The notes under the pieces were generated by a model. It was not told where the DNA came from and did no database searches. It saw only the letters and a program-made list of their open reading frames with translations. The translations under genes and the position numbers were made by a program. 64,000 nucleotides of DNA. Source: Syntrophorhabdaceae bacterium. Lineage in GTDB: Bacteria > Desulfobacterota > Syntrophorhabdia > Syntrophorhabdales > Syntrophorhabdaceae. The stretch lies in NCBI GenBank assembly GCA_963665295.1, contig OY762209.1, positions 3,168,001 to 3,232,000 of the forward strand, read 5' to 3'. Of the stretch, positions 19,718-29,609 are shown piece by piece (position 1 is the first letter of the stretch; each line of letters starts with the position of its first letter).

Positions 19718-20639
19718 AGAATTGCCCGATCGCCTTGTTGCCCGTTTGCCTGAAGACGGCTTGGTGATATTCCTCTTCCACGGGGTCATAAAACGTCAGA
19801 GGCACCGCGTACGTAACTATACAGGCAAACACATTGAGGCCGACCTATTTGCAATGTGTATGAGGAGATTATCGCTGAGTGGACGCGCACTCTCCATGGA
19901 CGAAGTGCTTGGGTATCGCCGATCAGGCGATTCCTTCCCACCCCATTCATTTGCAATCACCTTCGACGATGGTTTCGAGAACAACCTGAGTGTGGCTGCG
20001 CCGATTCTGGCGGACCTGAATATCCCTTCGATTATATATGTGACGACAGGTTTTGTAGACGAAAACGGCTTATCATGGATTGACCGGGTCGAATATGCAG
20101 TTGAAGAGGCGCCTGATCAGACGTTGAAGGTTGAATGGGCCAATACGCCGTTTCGGTTAACGGACGACGTGAGACGAATTGCCTTTTTGAAGGCTGTACG
20201 CACATATGTGAAGAACACGCCGGACTGCAACGCGGACATGTTCGCTGACAACCTTTGTGCCCAATTGGGAAAACCGGGGAAATTGTCCAGCGATGATCCT
20301 TTGGATCTCAAGATGACGTGGCAACAAGTCCGCAAGGCAGATGAATGCCACCTTATCAGTGTTGGCGGTCATAGTCATACCCATGCGATTCTGAGTTTCC
20401 TGAGTCCGAAGGAGTTGACTGAAGAAATTGACACCAGTCTCACTCTCCTCAAGGAAAAGGCTGGTGTATCGCCGACGCACTATTCCTACCCCGAGGGGTT
20501 GGAACACTGCTTCTCAGATGCGGTCATTGCCACACTTAAGCAGGCCGGTGTTCAATGCTGTCCGACTGCGATTGATGGTGTGAACGGCAGAGATGATGAT
20601 TTGTTTCATCTCAAAAGAGTGATGGTGGATGGATCATAA
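19704..20639 (+). CDS. Polysaccharide deacetylase (NodB/CE4 family)
   Basis: FLFHGV, ITFDDGF, GGHSHTH, YSYPEG. Confidence 0.85.
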   Translation: MVLDKELPDRLVARLPEDGLVIFLFHGVIKRQRHRVRNYTGKHIEADLFAMCMRRLSLSGRALSMDEVLGYRRSGDSFPPHSFAITFDDGFENNLSVAAPILADLNIPSIIYVTTGFVDENGLSWIDRVEYAVEEAPDQTLKVEWANTPFRLTDDVRRIAFLKAVRTYVKNTPDCNADMFADNLCAQLGKPGKLSSDDPLDLKMTWQQVRKADECHLISVGGHSHTHAILSFLSPKELTEEIDTSLTLLKEKAGVSPTHYSYPEGLEHCFSDAVIATLKQAGVQCCPTAIDGVNGRDDDLFHLKRVMVDGS

Positions 20640-20663
20640 AGACTACAGGAAAGGGGCTCGGAG

Positions 20664-21353
20664 ATGAAGGAATACCTTATGAGTAATAAAGAATACTGGG
20701 AAAAGGGATATGTTGCTCCCAACGTCGAAAGTTTTGTGTTCCGGTTCTATGGACGTGTATTGAAGCCTGACTTCAACCTGGGTGGGAGGTATGAACGACT
20801 GCTCGATTTCGGGTGCGGTCAGGGTGCAACGGTCAATTTCTTCGCCCAACAGGGTTTCAATGCCCGTGGGGTTGATATAAGCCAAACCGATATATCGGTG
20901 GCAAGGATTCGGTATCCGCAGTTGGCAAGTCATTTTACGGTCTGCGATCCGGACCCGAGTAATAATGATTTCTATGGATTTCCTGAAGATGTCGCGGTTG
21001 TGACCGCAATTCAGTCGCTCTACTACTTTTCCGATACTGATTTTGATATCTGCATGGAAAGGATTTACAGGTCAATGCGCAAAGGCGGCATTTTCTATGC
21101 AACCATGATGGGTATCGGGCAAAAACAGTTTTATGATAATTCGAAAGAGTACAAGGATGGATTGCGCAGGGTTAATTTTAAGACAGACCGCTACGAAGTC
21201 AAAGATTACTTCGTTTCTTTTACGAACGACAGAGCCCACCTATTGGACCGATTCAGCATGTTTAAGCCGGTTCACGTAGGATTCTATGCCCAGAGGTTCA
21301 GGGAAGACGAAGAGGAAGGCTTCCACTATACATTCTGCGGAATTAAAGAATAG
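20664..21353 (+). CDS. Class I SAM-dependent methyltransferase
   Basis: LLDFGCGQG, GVDIS. Confidence 0.82.
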   Translation: MKEYLMSNKEYWEKGYVAPNVESFVFRFYGRVLKPDFNLGGRYERLLDFGCGQGATVNFFAQQGFNARGVDISQTDISVARIRYPQLASHFTVCDPDPSNNDFYGFPEDVAVVTAIQSLYYFSDTDFDICMERIYRSMRKGGIFYATMMGIGQKQFYDNSKEYKDGLRRVNFKTDRYEVKDYFVSFTNDRAHLLDRFSMFKPVHVGFYAQRFREDEEEGFHYTFCGIKE

Positions 21354-21367
21354 ACGGAAAGGGACCC

Positions 21368-23194
21368 ATGTGCGGCATTGCGGGATATATAGGTCGGAAT
21401 ATAATAGCGGAAGATACGCTCCGCACCGCTTTGGGTCTTATGAAGAATAGGGGTCCGGACCATCAGGCGTTCTGCGTATTCGAGGAGCAGGACAACCGCG
21501 TCTATCTCCTCCATTCAAGGTTAAGCATCATCGATCTCGACGAAAGGTCTCATCAGCCGTTTACCATTGGCGATGTGTCCATAGTGTTTAACGGAGAAAT
21601 TTACAACTACCTTGAACTGCGCGCGGAGCTGGAGAAAAAAGGCATAATCTTCAGAACCTCATCGGACACAGAGGTGTTGCTCCAGTGTTACCGGCAATAT
21701 GGTGAACAATGTGTAGAGCGCTTCGAAGGGATGTGGTCCTTCGCGATCTATGATAGTAGATCAAAAAAGCTCTTCCTGTCCCGTGATCGTTTCGCAGAAA
21801 AACCTTTGTACTATCGTGTCACAAGAGATGGTATCTACTTCGGCTCGGAGATCAAGTTCATTCGGTCTCTGTCTCTCGTTCCACTGGTTGTGAATGAGAG
21901 GCATCTTCTGAGATATCTTGTGAATGGATATAAGGCACTTTACAAGACATCAGATACGTTTTTTGAGGATGTCGGTTATCTGCCCTACGCAACTAATATG
22001 ACCATCAACAAAGACCTTGATATACACATGCAAAGATACTGGTCGCCTGTATTTGCGGAAAGACAGATGTCTCTGGAGGAATCAATCGAAGGAACCAGAT
22101 ACTGGTTGCGGGAAAGCGTCAAGATAAGGCTTCGTTCGGATGTTCCCCTTGCCTTCTGTCTGAGTGGAGGAGTTGATTCGGCATCCCTTGCATCCATCGC
22201 CGCCAAGGAATTTGGCTGTAATGTTAAGACATTCTCAATCGTCGATAGCGATGAACGCTATAACGAGTACCATAATATTAAAGCTACGATCGATGACCTT
22301 GATTGCGAGCACACAATTATTGAAATCTCGTCGGATAACATATTCGATCGACTCACTAAGCTGGTGATGTACCACGATTCTCCCGTTTCCACCATCTCCT
22401 ATTTTGTTCATTCCTTCCTTTCCGAAGCTATTTCGGAGGGAGGTTTCAGGGTAGCCATGTCCGGTACTGCCGCGGACGAGCTTTTCACCGGGTACTATGA
22501 TCATTTCAACCTTCATCTGTATGAGATGCGCAATGCCCATGACTATCCGGAGCTACTGAGAGACTGGGAGAGGCACATAGGTCCGATCGTAAGGAATCCC
22601 TATCTGAAGAACCATCGGCTATATTTCGAGAATCAAGCAATTCGTGACCATATTTACTTGGAAAATGACGTATTTGCCGGATATTTGAAGGAGGGTTTCA
22701 AGGAAGCCTTTGCAGAAGAAGACTATTGTCCGTCCTTGCTTCGCAACCGCATGCTTAATGAACTGTTTCACGAATCCATCCCCGTTATTCTTCAAGAAGA
22801 CGACCTGAATTCCATGTTTTATTCGGTGGAGAACAGAAGCCCGTACCTTGATTCGAGACTCTTCAATTTTGCCTATTCCGTACCGGTTCGATACCTGATT
22901 CGCAATGGGTATGGGAAGAACGTTTTGAGAGAGGCAATGAGTGGTATTCTTAACGAACAAGTCCGGACCGACAGAAAGAAGGTTGGCTTCAATGCGTCAA
23001 TAAACTCAATCATTGATTTTCGGAACAAAGAGGTGAGAGAGTACCTCCTGGAGGACAGCAAAGTCTTTGATCTTGTAAAGAGGGAAAGGATCGAAGAAGC
23101 CATGTGCAACAAACTCATGCCCAACAGTTACAGCAAATTCATGTTCAATTTCATAAATTCAAAGATATTCCTTGAGGTGCAGGATAGGTCCTGA
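21368..23194 (+). CDS. asnB: Asparagine-synthase-like glutamine amidotransferase (likely sugar amidation, WbpS-like)
   Basis: MCGIAG, RGPD, RLSIIDL, FNGEIYN, SDTEV, RDRF.EKPLYY, LSGGVDS, ADELF.GY, VENRSPYLD. Confidence 0.93.
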   Translation: MCGIAGYIGRNIIAEDTLRTALGLMKNRGPDHQAFCVFEEQDNRVYLLHSRLSIIDLDERSHQPFTIGDVSIVFNGEIYNYLELRAELEKKGIIFRTSSDTEVLLQCYRQYGEQCVERFEGMWSFAIYDSRSKKLFLSRDRFAEKPLYYRVTRDGIYFGSEIKFIRSLSLVPLVVNERHLLRYLVNGYKALYKTSDTFFEDVGYLPYATNMTINKDLDIHMQRYWSPVFAERQMSLEESIEGTRYWLRESVKIRLRSDVPLAFCLSGGVDSASLASIAAKEFGCNVKTFSIVDSDERYNEYHNIKATIDDLDCEHTIIEISSDNIFDRLTKLVMYHDSPVSTISYFVHSFLSEAISEGGFRVAMSGTAADELFTGYYDHFNLHLYEMRNAHDYPELLRDWERHIGPIVRNPYLKNHRLYFENQAIRDHIYLENDVFAGYLKEGFKEAFAEEDYCPSLLRNRMLNELFHESIPVILQEDDLNSMFYSVENRSPYLDSRLFNFAYSVPVRYLIRNGYGKNVLREAMSGILNEQVRTDRKKVGFNASINSIIDFRNKEVREYLLEDSKVFDLVKRERIEEAMCNKLMPNSYSKFMFNFINSKIFLEVQDRS

Positions 23195-23799
23195 TGTCTT
23201 TCGTTAAGAGAGCAAGAACTTTTTATTGGATTTGGTACCTCAAAGCCCATGGGGCAAAAGTTGGAAAAAACGTCAAGGTGAACGGTCCCATGGATATTCT
23301 GCTGAGGGATAACGCTGACTGGGGTAACATCGATCTTGGGGACAATGTCAATTTTACCGGCAAAACATATTTTCGTCTGAGAAAGAACGGCAAAATAACA
23401 TTGAAAAATGGCGTCATGGTCGGCACTGAAGTCTGGCTGGTAAGTGCCAATGACGCGGAACTTGCAGTAGGCGAAGATACAATCCTGAACAGTTACAGCA
23501 TCTTCAACGGGGGCCATGGATTGAAGATAGGACCTAACTGCATATTTGCCGCCTTTGTATACATCAACACGTCGGACCACAACTTCAAGAAAGGCGAGAT
23601 GATCCAGGAACAGGGATTTTTCGGCGCTCCCATTGAAATCGGAGAAGACGTCTGGCTTGGGGGTCAGGTCTTTGTGAATAAGGGCGTGAAAATTGGTGAC
23701 GGGGCGGTTATTGGGGCCGGTTCGGTTGTGGTAAGAGACATTCCCGATTATAAGATTGCCGTGGGAAATCCCGCGGCTGTCGTGAAAGACAGAATATGA
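23194..23799 (+). CDS. Hexapeptide-repeat (left-handed beta-helix) acyltransferase
   Basis: IGEDVWLG...GVKIGDGAVIGAGSVVVRDIP...VGNPA. Confidence 0.88.
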   Translation: MSFVKRARTFYWIWYLKAHGAKVGKNVKVNGPMDILLRDNADWGNIDLGDNVNFTGKTYFRLRKNGKITLKNGVMVGTEVWLVSANDAELAVGEDTILNSYSIFNGGHGLKIGPNCIFAAFVYINTSDHNFKKGEMIQEQGFFGAPIEIGEDVWLGGQVFVNKGVKIGDGAVIGAGSVVVRDIPDYKIAVGNPAAVVKDRI

Positions 23800-23809
23800 C
23801 AGTGGGTGA

Positions 23810-24940
23810 ATGATGAAATACTGCAAGAAGTGTTTGATGCCCGCGACAAAGCCGCACATTAGCTTTGACGATCAAGGTGTGTGCAACGCCTGTCGGGCCC
23901 ATGAACAAAAGAATGCCGTTCTGGACGGAATAGACTGGCAGGAGAGAGAAGCCGCTTTTGAGCAACTCGTTCAGGAGGCCCAGGCCAGGAACGCCCCTTT
24001 CTATGACGCCCTGGTGCCGGTGAGTGGAGGTAAAGATAGCATCACGCAGGTGCATCGCCTGTTGAAGTACGATTTGCGAATCCTGGCAGTGAATGTGGAT
24101 TATGGAATAAAAACGGAAGTGGGAATCCATAACCTCAATCTTATTCCCTCCATGGGCGCCGGCTTGATCACCTACCGTCCCGAGCAGCGTCTCCACAAAG
24201 GATTGATTCGAATCGGGTTTGAGGACTTTGGTGACCCGGATTTGTTGAGCCACACCTTGCTTCACGCCTATCCCCTCCATTGCGCTCTGCAATTCAGGAT
24301 TCCCCTGGCTGTTCTGGGAGAAAACTCCGCCTTTGAATACGGAGGCGACGCGGAGACGGCCCAAAAGAACCACATTACCAGGGAATGGTTCACGAACTAT
24401 GCAGCAAACAAGGGTCACGATGCCCGCTTCGTGTCCGAACATTACGGCATTCCCATGGAGAAGCTGGCCCTTTATGACTTCCCCGATGAGATTGAGGCAT
24501 CAACAACGAAGGCGGTATTTCTCAGTTATTTTTCTTACTGGGATTCCGAAGAGCACCTTCGAATTGCCCAGAGCCACGGGTTCAAGACCCTGGAAGAGAG
24601 CCGGGAAGGCACGTATCGGAATTATGTCGGCATTGATGAAAAGATCAACCGTATTCACCAGTATATGAAGGTCCTGAAGTTCGGTTATGGCCGGGCAACC
24701 GACCATGCGTGTGAGGATATCCGCAATGGTCGCCTGAGCAGGGATGAAGCCAAAGACCTCGTCAGGAAATATGATCTCGCCGATTTGTCGGATGATTATG
24801 TCGATGACTTCGCAGCTTATGTTGGCTATTCGAAAGAGGAATTCCGGGCAATCATGGACCTGTACCGGAACCAGGATATCTGGGCCAGGGACAAACAAGG
24901 GAGATGGTTTATCCCCGGTCATTTAGAGGAAGATCAATGA
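23810..24940 (+). CDS. N-acetyl-sugar amidotransferase (WbuX/WbpG/PseA family)
   Basis: YCKKCLMP.TKP...GVCNAC, PP-loop VSGGKDS, GEN..FEYGG, KFGYGRA...IR.G..SR.EA. Confidence 0.88.
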   Translation: MMKYCKKCLMPATKPHISFDDQGVCNACRAHEQKNAVLDGIDWQEREAAFEQLVQEAQARNAPFYDALVPVSGGKDSITQVHRLLKYDLRILAVNVDYGIKTEVGIHNLNLIPSMGAGLITYRPEQRLHKGLIRIGFEDFGDPDLLSHTLLHAYPLHCALQFRIPLAVLGENSAFEYGGDAETAQKNHITREWFTNYAANKGHDARFVSEHYGIPMEKLALYDFPDEIEASTTKAVFLSYFSYWDSEEHLRIAQSHGFKTLEESREGTYRNYVGIDEKINRIHQYMKVLKFGYGRATDHACEDIRNGRLSRDEAKDLVRKYDLADLSDDYVDDFAAYVGYSKEEFRAIMDLYRNQDIWARDKQGRWFIPGHLEEDQ

Positions 24941-25299
24941 AATTGGACATTAAGGGCAAACCGAGGGAATTCGAGGTCGGAGGCAAGACGATAAGAGATT
25001 TCGGCCGTGTCCATTTTATGCATGGTGAGATGGTTGCACTGGTTAGCCCTTCCGGAAGGGAATGCGACGTAACCGCTACGGAATGGGGGTTTTATCTGGC
25101 TCCTTCCCTGAATGCCCGATTATCTGCTCAAGGCTTCAAGGTAGCCCTGGTTTGCAATAGTTACGGAAAACTCTTCCTGAACGCCGTCGAGATTGATAAG
25201 AAGGACTTATTCGATCTATATCTGTGTGAACAAGAAAGCAGACTAATCTGTTGGCTGGACGAGATATCGTGCAAATCATCGTTGGATAACATTCCCTGA
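24937..25299 (+). CDS. Hypothetical protein (120 aa), translationally coupled to the amidotransferase
   Basis: ATGA overlap and GAGGA RBS; co-oriented; no recognised motif. Confidence 0.7.
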   Translation: MKLDIKGKPREFEVGGKTIRDFGRVHFMHGEMVALVSPSGRECDVTATEWGFYLAPSLNARLSAQGFKVALVCNSYGKLFLNAVEIDKKDLFDLYLCEQESRLICWLDEISCKSSLDNIP

Positions 25300-25326
25300 T
25301 AGGATAATGGTAGGTACCAGATAAGA

Positions 25327-27048
25327 ATGAAAATAGCCATTTTCGCGCCACACATTTCGGTTTGGGTATGGGGCCTGTTCTTGTCCTATTTCGGAAGAGC
25401 CTTCAAAAGTCAGGGGTATGAGGTTGACTTTATTACTTGCGGTGGTGCCATTGAATATTGTACAGCAATGCTTGGTGCGACCTCGGATGCGCACAAGTCT
25501 GCAATATGCGCGCTATGCAAGAGGAACGCGCGATGGCTTGCAGGAGGTTTTGGCTTTAGTCACCAGGAAATCAAAGCTTTGTCAAAATCAGGATCCCTTC
25601 ATGACAACGACGTGGAAAATGAAATTGGCAAATATGCCTTCTATGAGACAATACTTACGTATAAAACCTATGGCAACTTAACACCTGAAATGGTGGCATT
25701 GAAAGACGCCTATCACAAGGGCAATAGGGTTGTTTACGCCGCCGCTGAAACCTATTTCAGGAGTAACACTCCGGATTTGACTTTGGTGTGGAACGGGTTG
25801 TATTCACTTAACAGAACGTGGATGCTTGCGGCGGAACAAAAGCATATCCCTGCTTATTGGATACACGCGGGCGCCAATAGGGGCTTTGAATTTCGGACGA
25901 TAATGTTCGGCCCGAAACACTGGTACGTGTACAACGCAGAACAAAAGGAACACTGGACAAAGGCCGAATCCAACGTACGACTGAGGGCAGGGGATGCACA
26001 AACCATAGCCACCCTTGTTGGGAATATTGTTTTGGGCAAAACGCCCTTCACCTATTCCAAACCAAAGCAGAATGTTCGTTATCGACAAGCAAAAAGAGTA
26101 GGCGCGCGGAAACTGGTTGTAATGCCCACAAGCAGCAAGGATGAATTGCTCTCCGCGAAGGCAATAGGCGCAAAAGCCCTGACTGATCATGTTTTCCAGG
26201 AACAATCCAAGTGGATTCAATTCGTTCTGGATAGATTTGCCGAATCAAAGGATCTCTTTATCGTTTTGCGTGTGCATCCCCGGGAATTTCCCAACCATAG
26301 GGAAAACAGACACTCGGAAGATTCGGCATTCTACTCTTCCCTGTATGAAAAATACAAAGAATCAGACTCGATACACATAAATATGCCCGAAGATGGCATA
26401 TCGCTCTATGACTTGCTGGAAGAAGCCGACCTCGTCCTTAATGCCTGGTCAAGTGTCGGCGAAGAGGCGGGATTGCTCGGGATCCCCGTGGTATCTGCGT
26501 TCAAAAGCTACTGCAATTATCCCGCAAATCTCGAGCCCTCCTATTGTACCGGAACGGAATACCTGGACGTGATAAAGTCCGAGATGAATGCAGGTTGGTC
26601 CGCCGTGCGTGCATTGCGTTTCCTGAAGTGGCGTGTCTTTTCCACATTACAAAGCGAGATAGCGCTTTCGCGCGAATACCGGGAATGGATTGGACAATCG
26701 CGTGTACCGTTCAAGGACCGTTTTTTGGCCATGCGAATCATGAGACAGATGAAATCCGAACGATTTGACGATGTACTGCGATATTTTCATATGGGCAACA
26801 ACGACTCGGACCTCCTTGTCCACACTGACTATATTGGAGATGACGAGGCATTGAATCTGTACTTTCAGACAATCTACGATTTGCTTTATAAGGATATGGA
26901 CCATGCCTCTACTAACGGGCTGCGAGATTACATTCTTAGATTTGTGGGGCATGACGCGAAGCCCGAACCGAAGATAGAAGAGTTATTATTCGTTCCCGCC
27001 GTGGAAGCTCAAAGCGCCGGGACCCAGGGAAGATGCTTGCCAAAATAA
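25327..27048 (+). CDS. Capsule-biosynthesis-like protein (KpsS/KpsC-like GT-B; candidate nonulosonate transferase)
   Basis: WNG, LRVHPRE and SSVG.EA...G.PV motifs resemble KpsS/KpsC-type proteins; N-terminal Cys cluster. Confidence 0.55.
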   Translation: MKIAIFAPHISVWVWGLFLSYFGRAFKSQGYEVDFITCGGAIEYCTAMLGATSDAHKSAICALCKRNARWLAGGFGFSHQEIKALSKSGSLHDNDVENEIGKYAFYETILTYKTYGNLTPEMVALKDAYHKGNRVVYAAAETYFRSNTPDLTLVWNGLYSLNRTWMLAAEQKHIPAYWIHAGANRGFEFRTIMFGPKHWYVYNAEQKEHWTKAESNVRLRAGDAQTIATLVGNIVLGKTPFTYSKPKQNVRYRQAKRVGARKLVVMPTSSKDELLSAKAIGAKALTDHVFQEQSKWIQFVLDRFAESKDLFIVLRVHPREFPNHRENRHSEDSAFYSSLYEKYKESDSIHINMPEDGISLYDLLEEADLVLNAWSSVGEEAGLLGIPVVSAFKSYCNYPANLEPSYCTGTEYLDVIKSEMNAGWSAVRALRFLKWRVFSTLQSEIALSREYREWIGQSRVPFKDRFLAMRIMRQMKSERFDDVLRYFHMGNNDSDLLVHTDYIGDDEALNLYFQTIYDLLYKDMDHASTNGLRDYILRFVGHDAKPEPKIEELLFVPAVEAQSAGTQGRCLPK

Positions 27049-27767
27049 TCAATTATATGCGCAGTTACGGGGGTTTCGAGTTTATCGGCCTTCGCCGTCG
27101 GCCGATCTACGACGGCGACATGGACCGTTATTCTTATCAGTCAAAATATCATAGTTTTGATATAGGCCCGGAAGAGACCGTTCTCGACGTCGGCTGCGGC
27201 GGGAACCCGTTTCCTCATGCGACCACGCTCGTAGACCTGTACACGGGAAGATCGGAGCACAGATGCGAAGATCTCAAGACCGGCGGGAAGGCCTTTCGCG
27301 TGGCGGACATCAACCATTTGCCCTTTGAGGACAAGTCCTACGATTTTGTTTATTGTTCCCACGTGCTGGAGCACGTTGAAGACCCCGGGACCGCCTGCGA
27401 CGAATTGATGCGCGTGGGCAAGAGAGGCTACATCGAGACTCCGTCACTTATGACGGACGTCATGTTCTCGTGGGCCAAGGGCATGCACAAATGGTTTACC
27501 GTTGTCATCGCGGACCGGATAGTCTTCTATGAGTATAATGAGAGACTCATTCAGGGCGTCCGTAGCCCATACTGGGGGAAGTCAGTGTTTTCCAGGAGGC
27601 ATCATCCCCTGCAGGACATTCTGTTTGATAACCTCGATATCTTCAACAATATGTTGATGTGGCGTGATTGTTTTGATTATTCAGTATTTCACCTCGACGG
27701 ACGGATGGCCCACACCGATTTCAAGAAGGAACCATGCGCGGAAAGGCGTGTGAATCGCGAAGGATGA
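27033..27767 (+). CDS. Class I SAM-dependent methyltransferase (Methyltransf_11-like)
   Basis: VLDVGCG, LPFEDKSYDFVYCSHVLEHV. Confidence 0.85.
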   Translation: MLAKIINYMRSYGGFEFIGLRRRPIYDGDMDRYSYQSKYHSFDIGPEETVLDVGCGGNPFPHATTLVDLYTGRSEHRCEDLKTGGKAFRVADINHLPFEDKSYDFVYCSHVLEHVEDPGTACDELMRVGKRGYIETPSLMTDVMFSWAKGMHKWFTVVIADRIVFYEYNERLIQGVRSPYWGKSVFSRRHHPLQDILFDNLDIFNNMLMWRDCFDYSVFHLDGRMAHTDFKKEPCAERRVNREG

Positions 27768-28672
27768 CATCGATTCCCGTGGTACTTTTTGCCTATGCCA
27801 GACCCGACCATCTTCGGCGGACTTTGGATTGCCTGCGGGAAGACCGGGTACCCCTGATCTATGCCTTTAGTGACGGACCTTCTATCCCGGATAAGGTCCC
27901 GGCTGTGGCCCGGGTGCGCGACATGCTCAGGCACATTGATTGGTGTGATGTGGTGCTCTGTGAACGGGAAATCAACATGGGGCTTGGGCGCTCCATCCTT
28001 GCCGGCGTCACGGAAGTGTTGGCAAGGTATGAATCTGCGATTGTTTTTGAGGATGACCTGATCTGCGTGCCGGGCACATATGCGTATATTTGCGCGGCGT
28101 TGGAGCGGTACCGGAACGATGACCGTGTCATGAGTGTGACTGGCTGGACCCATCCCCTCGTTGCACCGGGTGACGTGGCTGACCTTCCGTATTTCGATGG
28201 TCGTGCTGAATGCTGGGTTTGGGGCACCTGGGCCAGAGCGTGGCGTGGAATGGGTACGGACGCAAGGACTTTGATGCAGCAATGCAAAGATCGGAATATC
28301 GATATTTACCGGTACGGGGCGGATCTTGTGAATATGGCCAAGGTTGAACTCCGCCAAAACATCTGGGCAGTGCGTTTTCTCTACCACCACATTTTGAAAC
28401 GAGGGCTGTGCCTGCGCCCACCGCGAAGCATGGTGGAACATATCGGTTTTGACACGGACGCCACAAATGCAAAAAGCGCTGCATGGCTGGAGAACCCGCC
28501 GCTAAAGCCCTGTCCGCCGATTCCAATGAGGTGGCCCGAAGTGAAGGAGCATCCGGAGTGCAGCCAATTGCATCGGAATGTCTGTGGGGAACGGCCCACA
28601 ATACAGAGATGCCTGCATCGCTTTGCCTGCCGCCTGACATCGAAGGTCCTGCGTGTGGTTTCTCTACGGTAA
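27764..28672 (+). CDS. GT-A fold glycosyltransferase (GT2-like)
   Basis: PVVLFAYARPDH, FSDGP, N.GL..SI..GV, IVFEDD, WVWGTW.RAW. Confidence 0.82.
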   Translation: MTSIPVVLFAYARPDHLRRTLDCLREDRVPLIYAFSDGPSIPDKVPAVARVRDMLRHIDWCDVVLCEREINMGLGRSILAGVTEVLARYESAIVFEDDLICVPGTYAYICAALERYRNDDRVMSVTGWTHPLVAPGDVADLPYFDGRAECWVWGTWARAWRGMGTDARTLMQQCKDRNIDIYRYGADLVNMAKVELRQNIWAVRFLYHHILKRGLCLRPPRSMVEHIGFDTDATNAKSAAWLENPPLKPCPPIPMRWPEVKEHPECSQLHRNVCGERPTIQRCLHRFACRLTSKVLRVVSLR

Positions 28673-28678
28673 AGGCAC

Positions 28679-29539
28679 ATGGGAACGGCGCTCAAAGATA
28701 TGATGAGACTGGTAACACCTCCGATGTTCGTTTATCTGATAAAGCGAATACGCGCGGGCGCAGAGAGAAAAGAGCACGGCCTGTCCGGCGAATACGACTC
28801 CTGGGCGGAAGCCCTCGCTTCGAGTACGGGATATGATCACGGTGAGATTCTGGAGAAGACGAAAGCGGCACTGCTTAAGGTGAAGAATGGAGAGGCAGTC
28901 TATGAGCGGGACTCGGTACTGTTTGACGAGATCCATTATTCCTGGCCCTTACTGGCAGGATTAATGTGGGTGGCTGCACGCTGTGAGGGCCGACTTGACG
29001 TCCTGGACTTCGGCGGATCCCTGGGTAGTACCTACTTCCAAAACAGGACCTTCCTTGGCGGTCTCAGAAGATTACGGTGGAACGTTATCGAACAGCCTGA
29101 GCATGTGAAGGCAGGAAAACAGTATTTTGAAGATGAGTATCTGAGATTCTATGCCTCCATTGGGGACTGTCTTGCGGAGACGCGCCCTAATGTTGTCGTC
29201 CTTAGCAGCGTCCTGCAGTATCTTGAAGAGCCCCACATGCTGATGCGTGAGCTTCTGCGCCGGCAATTCGACTTTGTGCTTGTCGACCAGACTCCGTTCT
29301 GGAATGGGCCGCAAGATCGACTTTGTGTCCAAAACGTTTTGAAGAGGGTCTACGCGGCCAGTTATCCATGCTGGGTCTTTTCCGAAAGCCTCTTTGCGCG
29401 GAATATCGCGAAAGAGTTCGAGGTAATAGCTCAGTTTCAGGGACTCAATGGGATGGCGTCGCCTTTTGACGTGGCATGGAAAGGGATGATAATGAGGAAT
29501 CTTAGGAAGAACCCCATCGGTGAGCGCCAAAAGGATTGA
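28679..29539 (+). CDS. Putative methyltransferase (TIGR04325-like)
   Basis: W..A...STGY, AVYERDSVLF, VLDFGGSLGSTYFQ, W.VIEQ, SSVLQY. Confidence 0.8.
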   Translation: MGTALKDMMRLVTPPMFVYLIKRIRAGAERKEHGLSGEYDSWAEALASSTGYDHGEILEKTKAALLKVKNGEAVYERDSVLFDEIHYSWPLLAGLMWVAARCEGRLDVLDFGGSLGSTYFQNRTFLGGLRRLRWNVIEQPEHVKAGKQYFEDEYLRFYASIGDCLAETRPNVVVLSSVLQYLEEPHMLMRELLRRQFDFVLVDQTPFWNGPQDRLCVQNVLKRVYAASYPCWVFSESLFARNIAKEFEVIAQFQGLNGMASPFDVAWKGMIMRNLRKNPIGERQKD

Positions 29540-29609
29540 CCGAAACGGTTTCGTCATCCACAAAGCATGCTCGTCTATGTTGTGGGACCCGTGAGGTGAT
29601 AATAGGAGA

